Assembly: GCA_013297865.1 (NCBI GenBank)
Contig: JAAFIP010000015.1
Location: forward strand, 31,359 to 95,358
Reading direction: 5' to 3'
Length of the DNA: 64,000 nt
DNA from: Polaromonas sp.
GTDB lineage: Bacteria > Pseudomonadota > Gammaproteobacteria > Burkholderiales > Burkholderiaceae_C
Of the stretch, positions 1-8,453 are shown piece after piece. Below the pieces are notes generated by a model. It worked only from the letters and a program-made list of their open reading frames with translations. It did no database searches and was not told the origin of the DNA. The position numbers were made by a program, and so were the translations under genes. Each line of letters starts with the position of its first letter. Position 1 is the first letter of the stretch.

Positions 1-287
1 TGCGCATTGGCATGAAAACCTCGGCCATCACCCTGGGCCGACTGGATGTGCCTGCCGTGATGCTTTTTTATGCAGTTTATCTGCTCATTTGGCTTGCAGC
101 CCAATCAAATATCGCGGGAGCAGCTATACTTTTAATAGTGACTATGGTGGCTCTTGCACAGGTAGCTTGGCACTACACACTCATTCGCAGCCGCTCGCGC
201 GAGGGCTGCTTTGCGGCGTTTCGCGCCAACCACTGGTTGGGCTTGACGCTGTTTGCGGGCATTGTTGCAGGGTATGCGTTGCATTAG
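1..287 (+). CDS. ubiA: 4-hydroxybenzoate polyprenyltransferase, C-terminal part (gene continues upstream of the window)
   Basis: The frame is open from the window edge. 'RIGMKTSAITLG' and 'REGCFAAFRANHWLGLTLF' resemble, from memory, E. coli UbiA 'KIGIKSTAILFG' and 'REACFKAFMNNNYVGLVLF'. The Met at 12 in the ORF track is internal. Carries repeat copy 1. Confidence 0.8.
   Translation, partial: RIGMKTSAITLGRLDVPAVMLFYAVYLLIWLAAQSNIAGAAILLIVTMVALAQVAWHYTLIRSRSREGCFAAFRANHWLGLTLFAGIVAGYALH
92..140 (+). repeat. dispersed repeat copy 1 (subfamily A), inside the ubiA 3' region
   Basis: 'GCTTGCAGCCCAATCAAATATCGCGGGAGCAGCTATACTTTTAATAG', translated as 'AAQSNIAGAAILLIV'. Confidence 0.9.
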
Positions 288-1201
288 TTTTGCAAAGCGG
301 TGACCTGCGCCAGGCGGCTGAGCAAAAAATCCACCAACACCCGCACCCGGGGCGCCAGGCCTGCGCGATGCGGGTAAAACATGGCCATGCTGGCATCGCC
401 GCTGTCGTGCTGACGCGCCAGCACCTCGGTCAAGTCGCCGCGCTGCAAAGCGTCAAACGCATGGTGACGCCCCATGCGCGCAATGCCCATGTGCAGCAGC
501 GCAGCGTCCAAAATCACTTCGGGGTCAGAGATCAGCAGCTTGGCCGGGCCTTCAAAGGCCACGACCTTGCCTTTGTCCTTGAACAGCCAGGGTGACAGGC
601 GACCCGAGAGAAACTTCACGCGCAGCAGGTCGTGCTGCGCCAGATCGCTGTAATGCCTGGGCGTGCCGCGCGCCTTCAGGTAGCGCGGCGTAGCCACCAG
701 CACAGACTCCAGCGTGCAGATTTTGCGCGCCACCATGCCTTCGGGCGGCTGCGAGCCACCGCGAATGCCCACATCAAAACCCTCTTTCACCAAGTCCACC
801 GTCTGGTCATTCAAGCTCAGCTCCACCTGCACATCGGGGTGCTGCGCATAAAACGCAGGCAGCAGCGGCAGCACATAGCGCCTGCCAAAGCCTACAGCGC
901 AGTTCAGGCGCACCAGGCCTTGCGGTTTCAGGCCCTGCGTGGCTGCCTGTGAAGCAGCCTCCAGCAGGCTGAGGCCTTCGCGCGTTTGCGCTATGAAAGC
1001 GCGGCCCTCTTCGGTGAGCGACAGCTGGCGCGTCGTGCGGTTAAACAGCCGCACCTGCAGCAGCGCCTCCAGCGCAGCCACGTTTTTGCTGACCGCCGCA
1101 GGGGTCAGATCCAGCACTTTGGCCGCCGCACTGAAGCTGCCGCTATCAGCCGCCTGCACAGCACTGAGCAGACCGGGCAAAGTGGTTTGCAGTTGTTTCA
1201 T
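284..1201 (-). CDS. LysR-family transcriptional regulator
   Basis: N-terminal wHTH 'SFSAAAKVLDLTPAAVSKNVAALEALLQVRLFNRTTRQLSLTEEG'. The 305 aa length is typical, and it is divergent from the next gene. Confidence 0.9.
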   Translation of the reverse strand: MKQLQTTLPGLLSAVQAADSGSFSAAAKVLDLTPAAVSKNVAALEALLQVRLFNRTTRQLSLTEEGRAFIAQTREGLSLLEAASQAATQGLKPQGLVRLNCAVGFGRRYVLPLLPAFYAQHPDVQVELSLNDQTVDLVKEGFDVGIRGGSQPPEGMVARKICTLESVLVATPRYLKARGTPRHYSDLAQHDLLRVKFLSGRLSPWLFKDKGKVVAFEGPAKLLISDPEVILDAALLHMGIARMGRHHAFDALQRGDLTEVLARQHDSGDASMAMFYPHRAGLAPRVRVLVDFLLSRLAQVTALQN

Positions 1202-1319
1202 AGGATTCCTATTCTCAACTCAAAGTTGAAGATGATATGAGCCATTATGTCTTTTTCTAAACCCAGCGCAAGCCCACAATCCATTCCATCGCAACACTTT
1301 ATTTGAAAGGACACTTACC

Positions 1320-2177
1320 ATGTCAAATACTATTTTGGTAACGGGTGCCAGCGGCACCATTGGCACCCAGCTCACGGCACAGCTGCGCGCGGCAGGCGCC
1401 AGCTTCGAGGTCATGACCTCCAAGGCCACTGACAGTGTAGGCGGTGTGCGTGCACGCCAAGCCTCGTTTGAGGATGTGGCCCAGCTGACCCGCGCCTTCG
1501 CGGGCATCGACACGCTGTTTGTGCTGCTGCCCCTGGCGCCGCATAAAGTTCAGCTGGCCCGCAACGTGGCGCAGGCCGCCAAAGCAGCAGGCGTCAAGCA
1601 CATGGTGCGCTCCAGTGGTGCAGGCGCTGACGCGAAGACAGCGTACGCACTGCCGCAGCTGCAAGGCACGATTGATGACATCCTGGCTGCTACGGGTATT
1701 GCCTGCACGTTCTTGCGCAACGCGGGCTTCATGCAGAACTACACTACTTTTGGCGCACAGATGGTCAAGGATGGCATGTGGTATGCCGCAAGCAACGATG
1801 CTGCACAAAGCCTGATCGACGTGCGCGATATTGCAGCCGTGGCCGCGCAGATACTGCAAAACCCCGCTGCCCATGCAGGCAAGGCCTACACCCTCACTGG
1901 CGGCGAGTCGCTCACAGACACGCAGCGCGTGGCAGCGCTGTCTGCCGTGCTGGGCAAGAGCGTGGGCTTCACGCCTATTTCTGTGGAATACGCAGCCAAC
2001 ACCATGAAAAATCAATGGGGCATGCCCGATGTGATGGTGGACTGGATGAGCTCACTCAACCAGATCGTCAGCGCAGGTTATGCCGCAGGCATCAGCCCCG
2101 ACGCGCAGGTCCTGCTGGGTCGCACGCCGATCAGCTTTTCGCAGTTTGCCAAAGACTATGCAACGCAATGGCAATAA
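1320..2177 (+). CDS. NmrA-like / atypical SDR NAD(P)-binding oxidoreductase
   Basis: N-terminal Rossmann motif 'ILVTGASGTIGTQL'; 285 aa; ATG start. Confidence 0.8.
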   Translation: MSNTILVTGASGTIGTQLTAQLRAAGASFEVMTSKATDSVGGVRARQASFEDVAQLTRAFAGIDTLFVLLPLAPHKVQLARNVAQAAKAAGVKHMVRSSGAGADAKTAYALPQLQGTIDDILAATGIACTFLRNAGFMQNYTTFGAQMVKDGMWYAASNDAAQSLIDVRDIAAVAAQILQNPAAHAGKAYTLTGGESLTDTQRVAALSAVLGKSVGFTPISVEYAANTMKNQWGMPDVMVDWMSSLNQIVSAGYAAGISPDAQVLLGRTPISFSQFAKDYATQWQ

Positions 2178-2214
2178 AGTTTTTAACCCCTGTTTTTATT
2201 TTTAGGAGTGCATC

Positions 2215-2862
2215 ATGAAAGTCGCTGTATTAGGAACCGGACAAGTCGCCATCGCTTTGGCCAAGGGCTTTGCAAGCCGTGGGCACAGCGTGGTGTTTGG
2301 CACACGCGATGTGCAGGGCAAAACCGCGCTGGAGGCGGTTGCCGCTGTCAGTGGCAGCAGCGCCGCGCCTTACGCTGAGGCAGCCAAGAGCGCGGATATG
2401 GCCGTGATTACCACCTCGTGGAGCGGCACGCAGAACGCGCTGCAGCTCACGGGCGCGGCCCATCTGGCGGGCAAGCTGGTGATCGATGTGACCAACCCGC
2501 TGGACTTTTCCACTGGCAAGCCTGCTTTGGCTGTGGGCTTTCCCAGCTCGGCAGGCCAGCAGATCCAGCAATGGCTGCCTGGTGCCCATGTGGTCAAGGC
2601 CTTCAACATCATCACGGCCACGCGCATGGTGGACCCGAAGTTTGAAGACGGCCAGGCCGATATGTTTATCGCTGGCAACGACGCAGCGGCCAAGGCCAAG
2701 ACGGTCGATATCCTGAAAAGCTTCGGCTGGCGCACGCCGGTAGACATGGGCGATATCAGCAAAGCCTATTTGCTCGAAGCACTGGCCATGATCTGGATTG
2801 AGTATGGTGTGTCGCGCAATTACTGGGCGCATGGCTTCAGCCTGCTGGGCGCGCAGAAATAA
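2215..2862 (+). CDS. NADPH-dependent F420 reductase-like (NPD/COG2085 family) oxidoreductase
   Basis: 'MKVAVLGTGQVAIALAKGFASRGHSVVFGTRD' dinucleotide-binding N-terminus; about 215 aa; RBS 'aggag' upstream. Confidence 0.8.
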   Translation: MKVAVLGTGQVAIALAKGFASRGHSVVFGTRDVQGKTALEAVAAVSGSSAAPYAEAAKSADMAVITTSWSGTQNALQLTGAAHLAGKLVIDVTNPLDFSTGKPALAVGFPSSAGQQIQQWLPGAHVVKAFNIITATRMVDPKFEDGQADMFIAGNDAAAKAKTVDILKSFGWRTPVDMGDISKAYLLEALAMIWIEYGVSRNYWAHGFSLLGAQK

Positions 2863-2874
2863 GCTGCGACTACC

Positions 2875-3342
2875 CTAACGCCGCAGCCGCGCCCGCGCTG
2901 CGGCCAGTCGTTCGTCCAGCACGCTGCCCAGCATCTCTGCCGAGGCTACGCCTTCGATGCGCGGTGCAATTTCTGCACCCTCGGCGTTCAGAAACAGCAC
3001 GGTAGGTGTGAGCAGGGCCTGGTATGCCACGGCAATATCCGCGCCATGGCTGGGCTGCCCTTTGACATCGGCCACCACCTGCTTGCGGTCGTTGACGGTA
3101 ATCTGAAAGGCATGCACACCTTCGCTGCGCATGGGCGCAAGGTAGTTGCGCCGCAGCAGCTCACACCACGGGCAGCCGGGCAGGCTCACCAGCAGCACCA
3201 GGGGCTCGCCCTTGGCTTGCGCAGCCTGTGCGGCGCTGCGCAGCGAAGCGGGTGTGGGCAAAGGGGTTTCACGCCGCTGGGCCACGGCCCAGCCACCGAG
3301 CGTGGTGGCTGCCCCTAGCATCACAGCGGTGCGGCGTTTCAT
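2875..3342 (-). CDS. secreted thioredoxin-fold protein (CPWC active-site motif)
   Basis: Signal-like N-terminus 'MKRRTAVMLGAATTLGGWAVA' and a 'PGCPWCELL' CxxC motif. The start at 3342 gives a 4-nt ATGA overlap with the upstream gene. The longer ORF-track start at 3453 is unlikely. Confidence 0.7.
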   Translation of the reverse strand: MKRRTAVMLGAATTLGGWAVAQRRETPLPTPASLRSAAQAAQAKGEPLVLLVSLPGCPWCELLRRNYLAPMRSEGVHAFQITVNDRKQVVADVKGQPSHGADIAVAYQALLTPTVLFLNAEGAEIAPRIEGVASAEMLGSVLDERLAAARARLRR

Positions 3343-4070
3343 GCAGCGCAGTCTTTCAGAATCTGCAGCAGCGCATCCGGCGCGCTCACCATCGGGTCGT
3401 GGCCAGTTTTGATTTCTACATAGCGGCCCGCGCGCTGCCACGCCCCGCCCCAAAACTGTGGGTCGCGCACGCGCTGTCGGATGCTGTCGATGGTGGCCAA
3501 CGCAGGGGTGCTGCAGTCGACAAAGGTGCGCGGCACACCGGCTACGCGCTGGATGTCAAAAGCCAGGGGGTGGGTGTAGGGCTCAGCCGGGTGTGGTGTC
3601 TGGCGGCGCTGCACCCAGGCATGGTCATCGCCGCTGAGCCCGAAGATGGCCGGGTCGGGCGGTGGCAGGGTGTAGTGCTCTGACGCGGCAGCGGCGGCCA
3701 GGCGCGCGTCGCGTGTGGCTGGCGCATGGCGAGAGCTCCAGCTCTCGCCGGGCTCAGGGATGGCTGCGTCCAAATACACCAGATGCTTCAGGCGCTGGGG
3801 CATGCGGTCTGCCACGGCGGTGCCGATCATGCCGGCATAGCTGTGCACCACCAGCACCACATCATGCAGCTCCTGTGCCTCGATCGTGTTAATGACGTCG
3901 GCAATATGCGTCTCCAGCGTGATGGCTTTGCTCAGCAGGTGGGCGCGCTCGCCCACGCCCGTCAATGTCACGGCATGGGCCACATGCCCTAAGCGCACCA
4001 GCGCGGGCTGCACCCGGCTCCAGCACCATGCACCGTGCCACGCGCCATGAACCAATACAAAAGTCGCCAT
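3339..4070 (-). CDS. alpha/beta hydrolase (methylesterase/salicylate-esterase-like)
   Basis: 'MATFVLVHGAWHGAWCW' and the nucleophile elbow 'VVHSYAG'; 243 aa. Confidence 0.8.
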   Translation of the reverse strand: MATFVLVHGAWHGAWCWSRVQPALVRLGHVAHAVTLTGVGERAHLLSKAITLETHIADVINTIEAQELHDVVLVVHSYAGMIGTAVADRMPQRLKHLVYLDAAIPEPGESWSSRHAPATRDARLAAAAASEHYTLPPPDPAIFGLSGDDHAWVQRRQTPHPAEPYTHPLAFDIQRVAGVPRTFVDCSTPALATIDSIRQRVRDPQFWGGAWQRAGRYVEIKTGHDPMVSAPDALLQILKDCAA

Positions 4071-4099
4071 TTCAATCTCTTTTTTAGAATAAAACAGGG

Positions 4100-4146
4100 C
4101 GCTAGCCCAATAAAAAGCCGCGGGAGCAGCTATTAAAAGTATAGTA
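4100..4146 (+). repeat. dispersed repeat copy 2 (subfamily B, hairpin form), intergenic
   Basis: 'CCAATAAAAAGCCGCGGGAGCAGCTATTAAAAGTATAG'. On the minus strand it reads AGCTGC-TCCC-GCGGCT followed by TTTTTATT, directly downstream of the CoA-transferase stop. Confidence 0.85.
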
Positions 4147-4157
4147 AATGCCCTGCA

Positions 4158-5363
4158 TTACCTCTTCAACCAGCTGCGCAGCACTTCATCCGTATGCTGC
4201 CCCAGCATGGGTGGCGGCAGGTCGTTGCGCGGCGGGGTGAGCGACATCTTGATCGGGCTGGCCACCAAGGGCACGGCGCCGTTTAAAGGATGCTCCCAGG
4301 TGTGCACCATGTTGCGCGCGACCACCTGGGGGTCGGCAAACACCTCGGCCAGGTTGTTGATCGCCCCGCAGGGCACCTTGGCCGCCTCCAGCGCGGCCAG
4401 CCAGTCGGCCTTGCTGCGGGTTTTGAAAACCGCCTCCAGCAGGGGCACCAGCGTGGCGCGGTGGCGCACGCGGTCTGCGTTTTTGGCAAAGCGGGCATCC
4501 GCCGCCAGCTGCGCCTGCCCTGCCACAGCACACATCTTGGCAAACTGGCCGTCGTTGCCCACGGCCAGAATCAGATGGTCTTTTTCACCACTGGGCATGG
4601 GCGCGGTTTCAAACACCTGGTAGGGCACGATGTTCTGGTGCGCGTTGCCTGCGCGGCCCGGCACCTTGCCGCCGATCAAGTAGTTAGCGCCCAGATTGGC
4701 CAGCATGGCCACCTGCGTGTCCAGCAGCGCCATGTCGATATGCTGGCCCTGGCCTGTGCGCTCGGCATGGCGCAGCGCCGCCAATATGGCCGTGCAGGCA
4801 TACATGCCGGTGAACAGATCAGCCACCGCCACGCCCACTTTCTGCGGCCCGCCGCCAATGTCGTCGCGCTCACCCGTCACGCTCATCAGCCCGCCCATGC
4901 CCTGCACGGCATAGTCGTAGCCTGCACGGTCTTTGTACGGCCCGCTCTGGCCAAAGCCGGTGATGCTGCAATACACCAAAGACGGCTTGATCTGCGAGAG
5001 CGCGGCGTAGTCCAGCCCATAGCGCGCCATGTCGCCGACCTTGAAATTCTCCACAAACACATCGCAGTGCATCACCAGATCGCGGATGGTCTGCTGCCCC
5101 TCGGGTGTGCTGATGTCGCAGGCTACCGAGCGCTTGTTGCGGTTGGTGCCCAGATAGTAAGCCGCCTCGCTGGTGTCCTGGCCCTGCGCATCGCGCAGAA
5201 ACGGCGGCCCCCAGGTGCGGGTGTCGTCCCCGCCCACGCCGTTTTTCAGTGGCTTTTCAATCTTCACCACATCCGCGCCCAGGTCTGCCAAGGTCTGGGT
5301 ACACCACGGCCCCGCCAGCACGCGCGAGAGGTCGAGGATTTTGATTCCGTCTAAGCTGTTCAT
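4158..5363 (-). CDS. family III CoA-transferase (CaiB/BaiF family)
   Basis: 'GIKILDLSRVLAGPWCTQTLADLGADVVKIEKP' is the canonical N-terminus of this family; 401 aa. Confidence 0.9.
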   Translation of the reverse strand: MNSLDGIKILDLSRVLAGPWCTQTLADLGADVVKIEKPLKNGVGGDDTRTWGPPFLRDAQGQDTSEAAYYLGTNRNKRSVACDISTPEGQQTIRDLVMHCDVFVENFKVGDMARYGLDYAALSQIKPSLVYCSITGFGQSGPYKDRAGYDYAVQGMGGLMSVTGERDDIGGGPQKVGVAVADLFTGMYACTAILAALRHAERTGQGQHIDMALLDTQVAMLANLGANYLIGGKVPGRAGNAHQNIVPYQVFETAPMPSGEKDHLILAVGNDGQFAKMCAVAGQAQLAADARFAKNADRVRHRATLVPLLEAVFKTRSKADWLAALEAAKVPCGAINNLAEVFADPQVVARNMVHTWEHPLNGAVPLVASPIKMSLTPPRNDLPPPMLGQHTDEVLRSWLKR

Positions 5364-5449
5364 GACAGTATTGTCTATCCAAAAAGCTTATCTGCGTGCA
5401 AATCTCCTGTGAGCGAGATGCAGGATTCCTTTCGAGGGGCGCGAAGCAT

Positions 5450-5473
5450 AAAAAAAGAGCTCCGAAGAGCTCT
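5450..5473 (-). terminator. rho-independent terminator of the large lipoprotein gene
   Basis: The minus strand reads AGAGCTC-TTCG-GAGCTCT followed by a T7 run, 30 nt after the stop at 5503. Confidence 0.8.
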
Positions 5474-5502
5474 TTATAAACGGTGCTGAACTACGACACC
5501 GA

Positions 5503-8304
5503 TCAGTTAGCCCACTCCGTGGCCTGTGTAATGCGGATGCGGTTGATGTAGGTGTTGAGGAACACATTGCGGTAGGTCACCGAGCTTGTGCTGCCATTGG
5601 TGTTGAGCACGCGGGAACCGTCCAAGCGTTCCACCACGCTGGTGTTGCCTGTGGGCACGCGGCAGCCAGTGAAGCTGGACACGTCAGCCGCGGCGAACGA
5701 CTTGACAGCCGACCCGCTGGTGGACAGCTGCTGGCGCTTGAGCAAGCTGCTCGATGAGCGGCGCACTGTCAAAGGCGACGTGGGCCCATCCAGCAGCGAG
5801 GAGAACAGACCGACCTGGTAGGGCGTAGGCGCAGCGGTGTTGTTGCTCCATTGCACCTGCAGGCTGGGCGCGGCCCCCTGGCTTGGTGTGAGCACCGCAT
5901 GGCTGGGGCTCAGATCATGCAGGGGCATGGTCTGCAGCGACTGGGGTGGCCGGGGCTGGGCGATGATGCGGTCCGTCTCGGTGGACAGCAACACGCCATT
6001 GATGCCGTACAGCGCAATGGTGTAGCGCGACCAAGGCTTAATAAGGCTGTAGTCGATAGCGGTCAATGCGTTGTTGGGGCCGTACGCAGACGTCGTCGTG
6101 CTAAATGCCAGGTCAACGCCCGATAACAGTGCGCGCCCGAGGTGGAAGCGGTTGGTGGTGCTACCAGTGAATGGCGGATATGTCACCGTACTGCTTCCTG
6201 TGTCGCCACCCGCGTAGGTCAATGCACCACTGAAATACGAAACGCCCAAGGTCTCAGCCGTCTGGGTGAATCCGACGCTGACGGTCGTTGACTTGGCGGG
6301 CTCAGTGCCCACATGCCCGAGAAGTTGGAACGTAGTGGTGGCAATGGGCGTCGTGGAGGTCACCATGGGCACTGTGCTGCCGGGCGGCTGTATAACGGAA
6401 CCAGGGCTCAGCACCAGCGTGGTGGTGACACTGGGGCGGCCATAGATAGCATAGCTGTAGAAGGTGAGAGTAGCGGTGCGCTGCGTACCTACGCTGACAA
6501 ACGGATCGTCTCCAGTAGCTGGCGTCGGTGGAATGACCGGAAGGAAGCCTGGAGGCGAACCGGGGTTACCAGGGTTATAGGCAGAATATAAGGTGGGTAG
6601 CGTGCTAGTAAATGGCGCATAAGTGAACGTCGTGACCTTGGGGCCGGGCACCAGGCCCGTTGACGAGTAGTAACCCAAATAGGTGGCCTCGGTGGGGATG
6701 GGCGCGCCCGATGGGGTGTGCGCTACATCGTCAGGGGCAATGCAGGCACCGGTCTGGGTGGATGAGGCGATGCGCGACACGACTACGCCACTGACAGGCA
6801 GGCCCGGCCCGGTCACTTTGGCATACTCAATGCCTGCATCTTCCCAGGCGCGGGTGGTGGTGTTGAAGCGCTGTGTGCCTACAAACAGACCCAGGCTGCT
6901 GAAGTCCAGTGACGGTGCTGCGGGGGCTGTCAAAGTGCCAGTCACCACATTGGTCGCTGCATTCAGGTTGGTGTAGCGGGTCATGCGCGGCGTGACGCTG
7001 AAAGAATAGTTGCTCTGACCACCGTAGAACCACCAGTCACTGCTGGAGCCATCGGTGTTGGCGATAGCCGAGCGTTGCGCGCCTGCGGCAGCAAAGCCAT
7101 CAAAACGGCGCATCGTGAAAACAGAGGTGCGGTAAGCCTGGTTGGCGGGCTGGTACCAGCGCAGCTCCACGACGGCCTTGTCCAAGTCGCTACCAGTGCC
7201 TGCAGCGTTCTCCTGCAGCAGCAGTTCAGGGGCATCAAACATGGCGCCTGTCATCACATCAGCGTTTTCAAGAACGCGGTTGCGGTCCCTGCGTCCACTC
7301 ATCTGCACCACCACCTCGGTAAAGTCGCGCCCGGAGCTTTTGAAATTGGGGTGTGCCAGACCTGCACAGGCGTTGCCTGCTGCGTTGTAGTCACGCGCAG
7401 AATCGGTCTGTGCAAAGCAGGCCGTCAGTTTATTGCGCAGCGAGTCCAGACGCGCAAAGTTAAGCTCTTTGCCAGACGTCAATACCAAAGGCGTGCTCGC
7501 AGTCAAAGGCGCGGACACCACAGCGCCCGCTGCGTCATAGCTGATCGTTTTGGGGTACAGGTCTGTTGCTCCACTGGGCGTGATCTCGTGGCGCACCTGG
7601 TCCAGCACCTTGTCGTAGCCTGTGCCGTCCGCGTAGAAGGGTGTGGTCACCGGGTCAAAGCTGCTGGTGCCTGAAACGCCAGCGCTGCTCAGCGCACTGC
7701 CAAAAGTGTCCAGCACCGTGGCTTTGGCGCTGCTGATGTTGGCCGCAGTGATGTCGGCAGGCGTGATGGCGCTGCTGGCGGTTCCCGTGATCAGACTGGT
7801 CATCTTGTCCGTGAGCGGCGTGATGTTGGCATTGATCACCGAGCCTGGCGTGATGGCGGTGTCGCTCACTGAGTAATAGATCTTGCCGTTCTGCGAAATG
7901 ACTTTGACCACCAGTGGGGCCACAAAGCCCGTCACCTTGGCAAAGTAATAGCCTTGTGCATTGGTTTTGACGCTGACGGTCTGTGCAGGAGACGACGCAT
8001 CGGTCACGATGACGGTGCCGTTGCTGATCGGTCCGCCTTCGGCGGCAGTGCCGTTGAGGCCTGCGTCGGTGCGGGTGTAAGACACGGGGGTGCTGCCATT
8101 GAGCGAAAAGCCCGACAGGCTTGCCGGGTCTATGGCGCCCTGGCTGCCCGCGATGGTGAAGGCAGGCGTGCTGGTGTTGGGGTTGCTACCTGAATTGGTG
8201 CCGGGGTCTGCGCTGCCCTGGGCTGGCGAACCGCCCCCTCCCCCGCAACCGCTCAAGGCGCCTAATAACGCCAGTGCCCACGTGGCCAGAAACTTAGAGT
8301 TCAT
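5503..8304 (-). CDS. large (about 933 aa) secreted lipoprotein of unknown function, Ser/Thr/Gly/Ala-rich
   Basis: Lipobox 'LLGALSGCGGGGGS' after the Met at 8304, a long uninterrupted ORF, and its own terminator. A 'GTVIVTDASSPAQTVSVKTNAQGYYFAKV' segment resembles a carboxypeptidase-regulatory-like beta sandwich. No catalytic motif recognised. Confidence 0.7.
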   Translation of the reverse strand: MNSKFLATWALALLGALSGCGGGGGSPAQGSADPGTNSGSNPNTSTPAFTIAGSQGAIDPASLSGFSLNGSTPVSYTRTDAGLNGTAAEGGPISNGTVIVTDASSPAQTVSVKTNAQGYYFAKVTGFVAPLVVKVISQNGKIYYSVSDTAITPGSVINANITPLTDKMTSLITGTASSAITPADITAANISSAKATVLDTFGSALSSAGVSGTSSFDPVTTPFYADGTGYDKVLDQVRHEITPSGATDLYPKTISYDAAGAVVSAPLTASTPLVLTSGKELNFARLDSLRNKLTACFAQTDSARDYNAAGNACAGLAHPNFKSSGRDFTEVVVQMSGRRDRNRVLENADVMTGAMFDAPELLLQENAAGTGSDLDKAVVELRWYQPANQAYRTSVFTMRRFDGFAAAGAQRSAIANTDGSSSDWWFYGGQSNYSFSVTPRMTRYTNLNAATNVVTGTLTAPAAPSLDFSSLGLFVGTQRFNTTTRAWEDAGIEYAKVTGPGLPVSGVVVSRIASSTQTGACIAPDDVAHTPSGAPIPTEATYLGYYSSTGLVPGPKVTTFTYAPFTSTLPTLYSAYNPGNPGSPPGFLPVIPPTPATGDDPFVSVGTQRTATLTFYSYAIYGRPSVTTTLVLSPGSVIQPPGSTVPMVTSTTPIATTTFQLLGHVGTEPAKSTTVSVGFTQTAETLGVSYFSGALTYAGGDTGSSTVTYPPFTGSTTNRFHLGRALLSGVDLAFSTTTSAYGPNNALTAIDYSLIKPWSRYTIALYGINGVLLSTETDRIIAQPRPPQSLQTMPLHDLSPSHAVLTPSQGAAPSLQVQWSNNTAAPTPYQVGLFSSLLDGPTSPLTVRRSSSSLLKRQQLSTSGSAVKSFAAADVSSFTGCRVPTGNTSVVERLDGSRVLNTNGSTSSVTYRNVFLNTYINRIRITQATEWAN

Positions 8305-8453
8305 TGTGATCGTCTCCTGCTTGAAATGAAAATGCCGCGTGCAAACGAAGCTCACACGCTCGCACGAATCTAAGGCGTGCCGCTGAGCCCGCTAGCCAAA
8401 TGCGTATCTCTTGTATCTCGGGCCGCTGCGACCCTGCGGCTCGGTTCCGCCGC

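Noticed and set aside
89-595. ORFs that begin inside the dispersed repeat (MACSPIKYRGSSY... at 89, MPSPMKYRESSY... at 30477, MACSPILYIKAL... at 41855)
   Set aside because: - The shared N-termini are simply the repeat read in a third frame.
- The rest of each ORF is antisense or out of frame relative to recognised genes (the LysR gene, thiL and the PglL-like gene).
4290-5354. 354-aa plus-strand ORF
   Set aside because: - It is fully antisense to the well-supported CoA-transferase gene.
- Its composition (Arg/Gly/His/Ala/Gln-rich) is typical of shadow frames in high-GC DNA.
- No motif was recognised.
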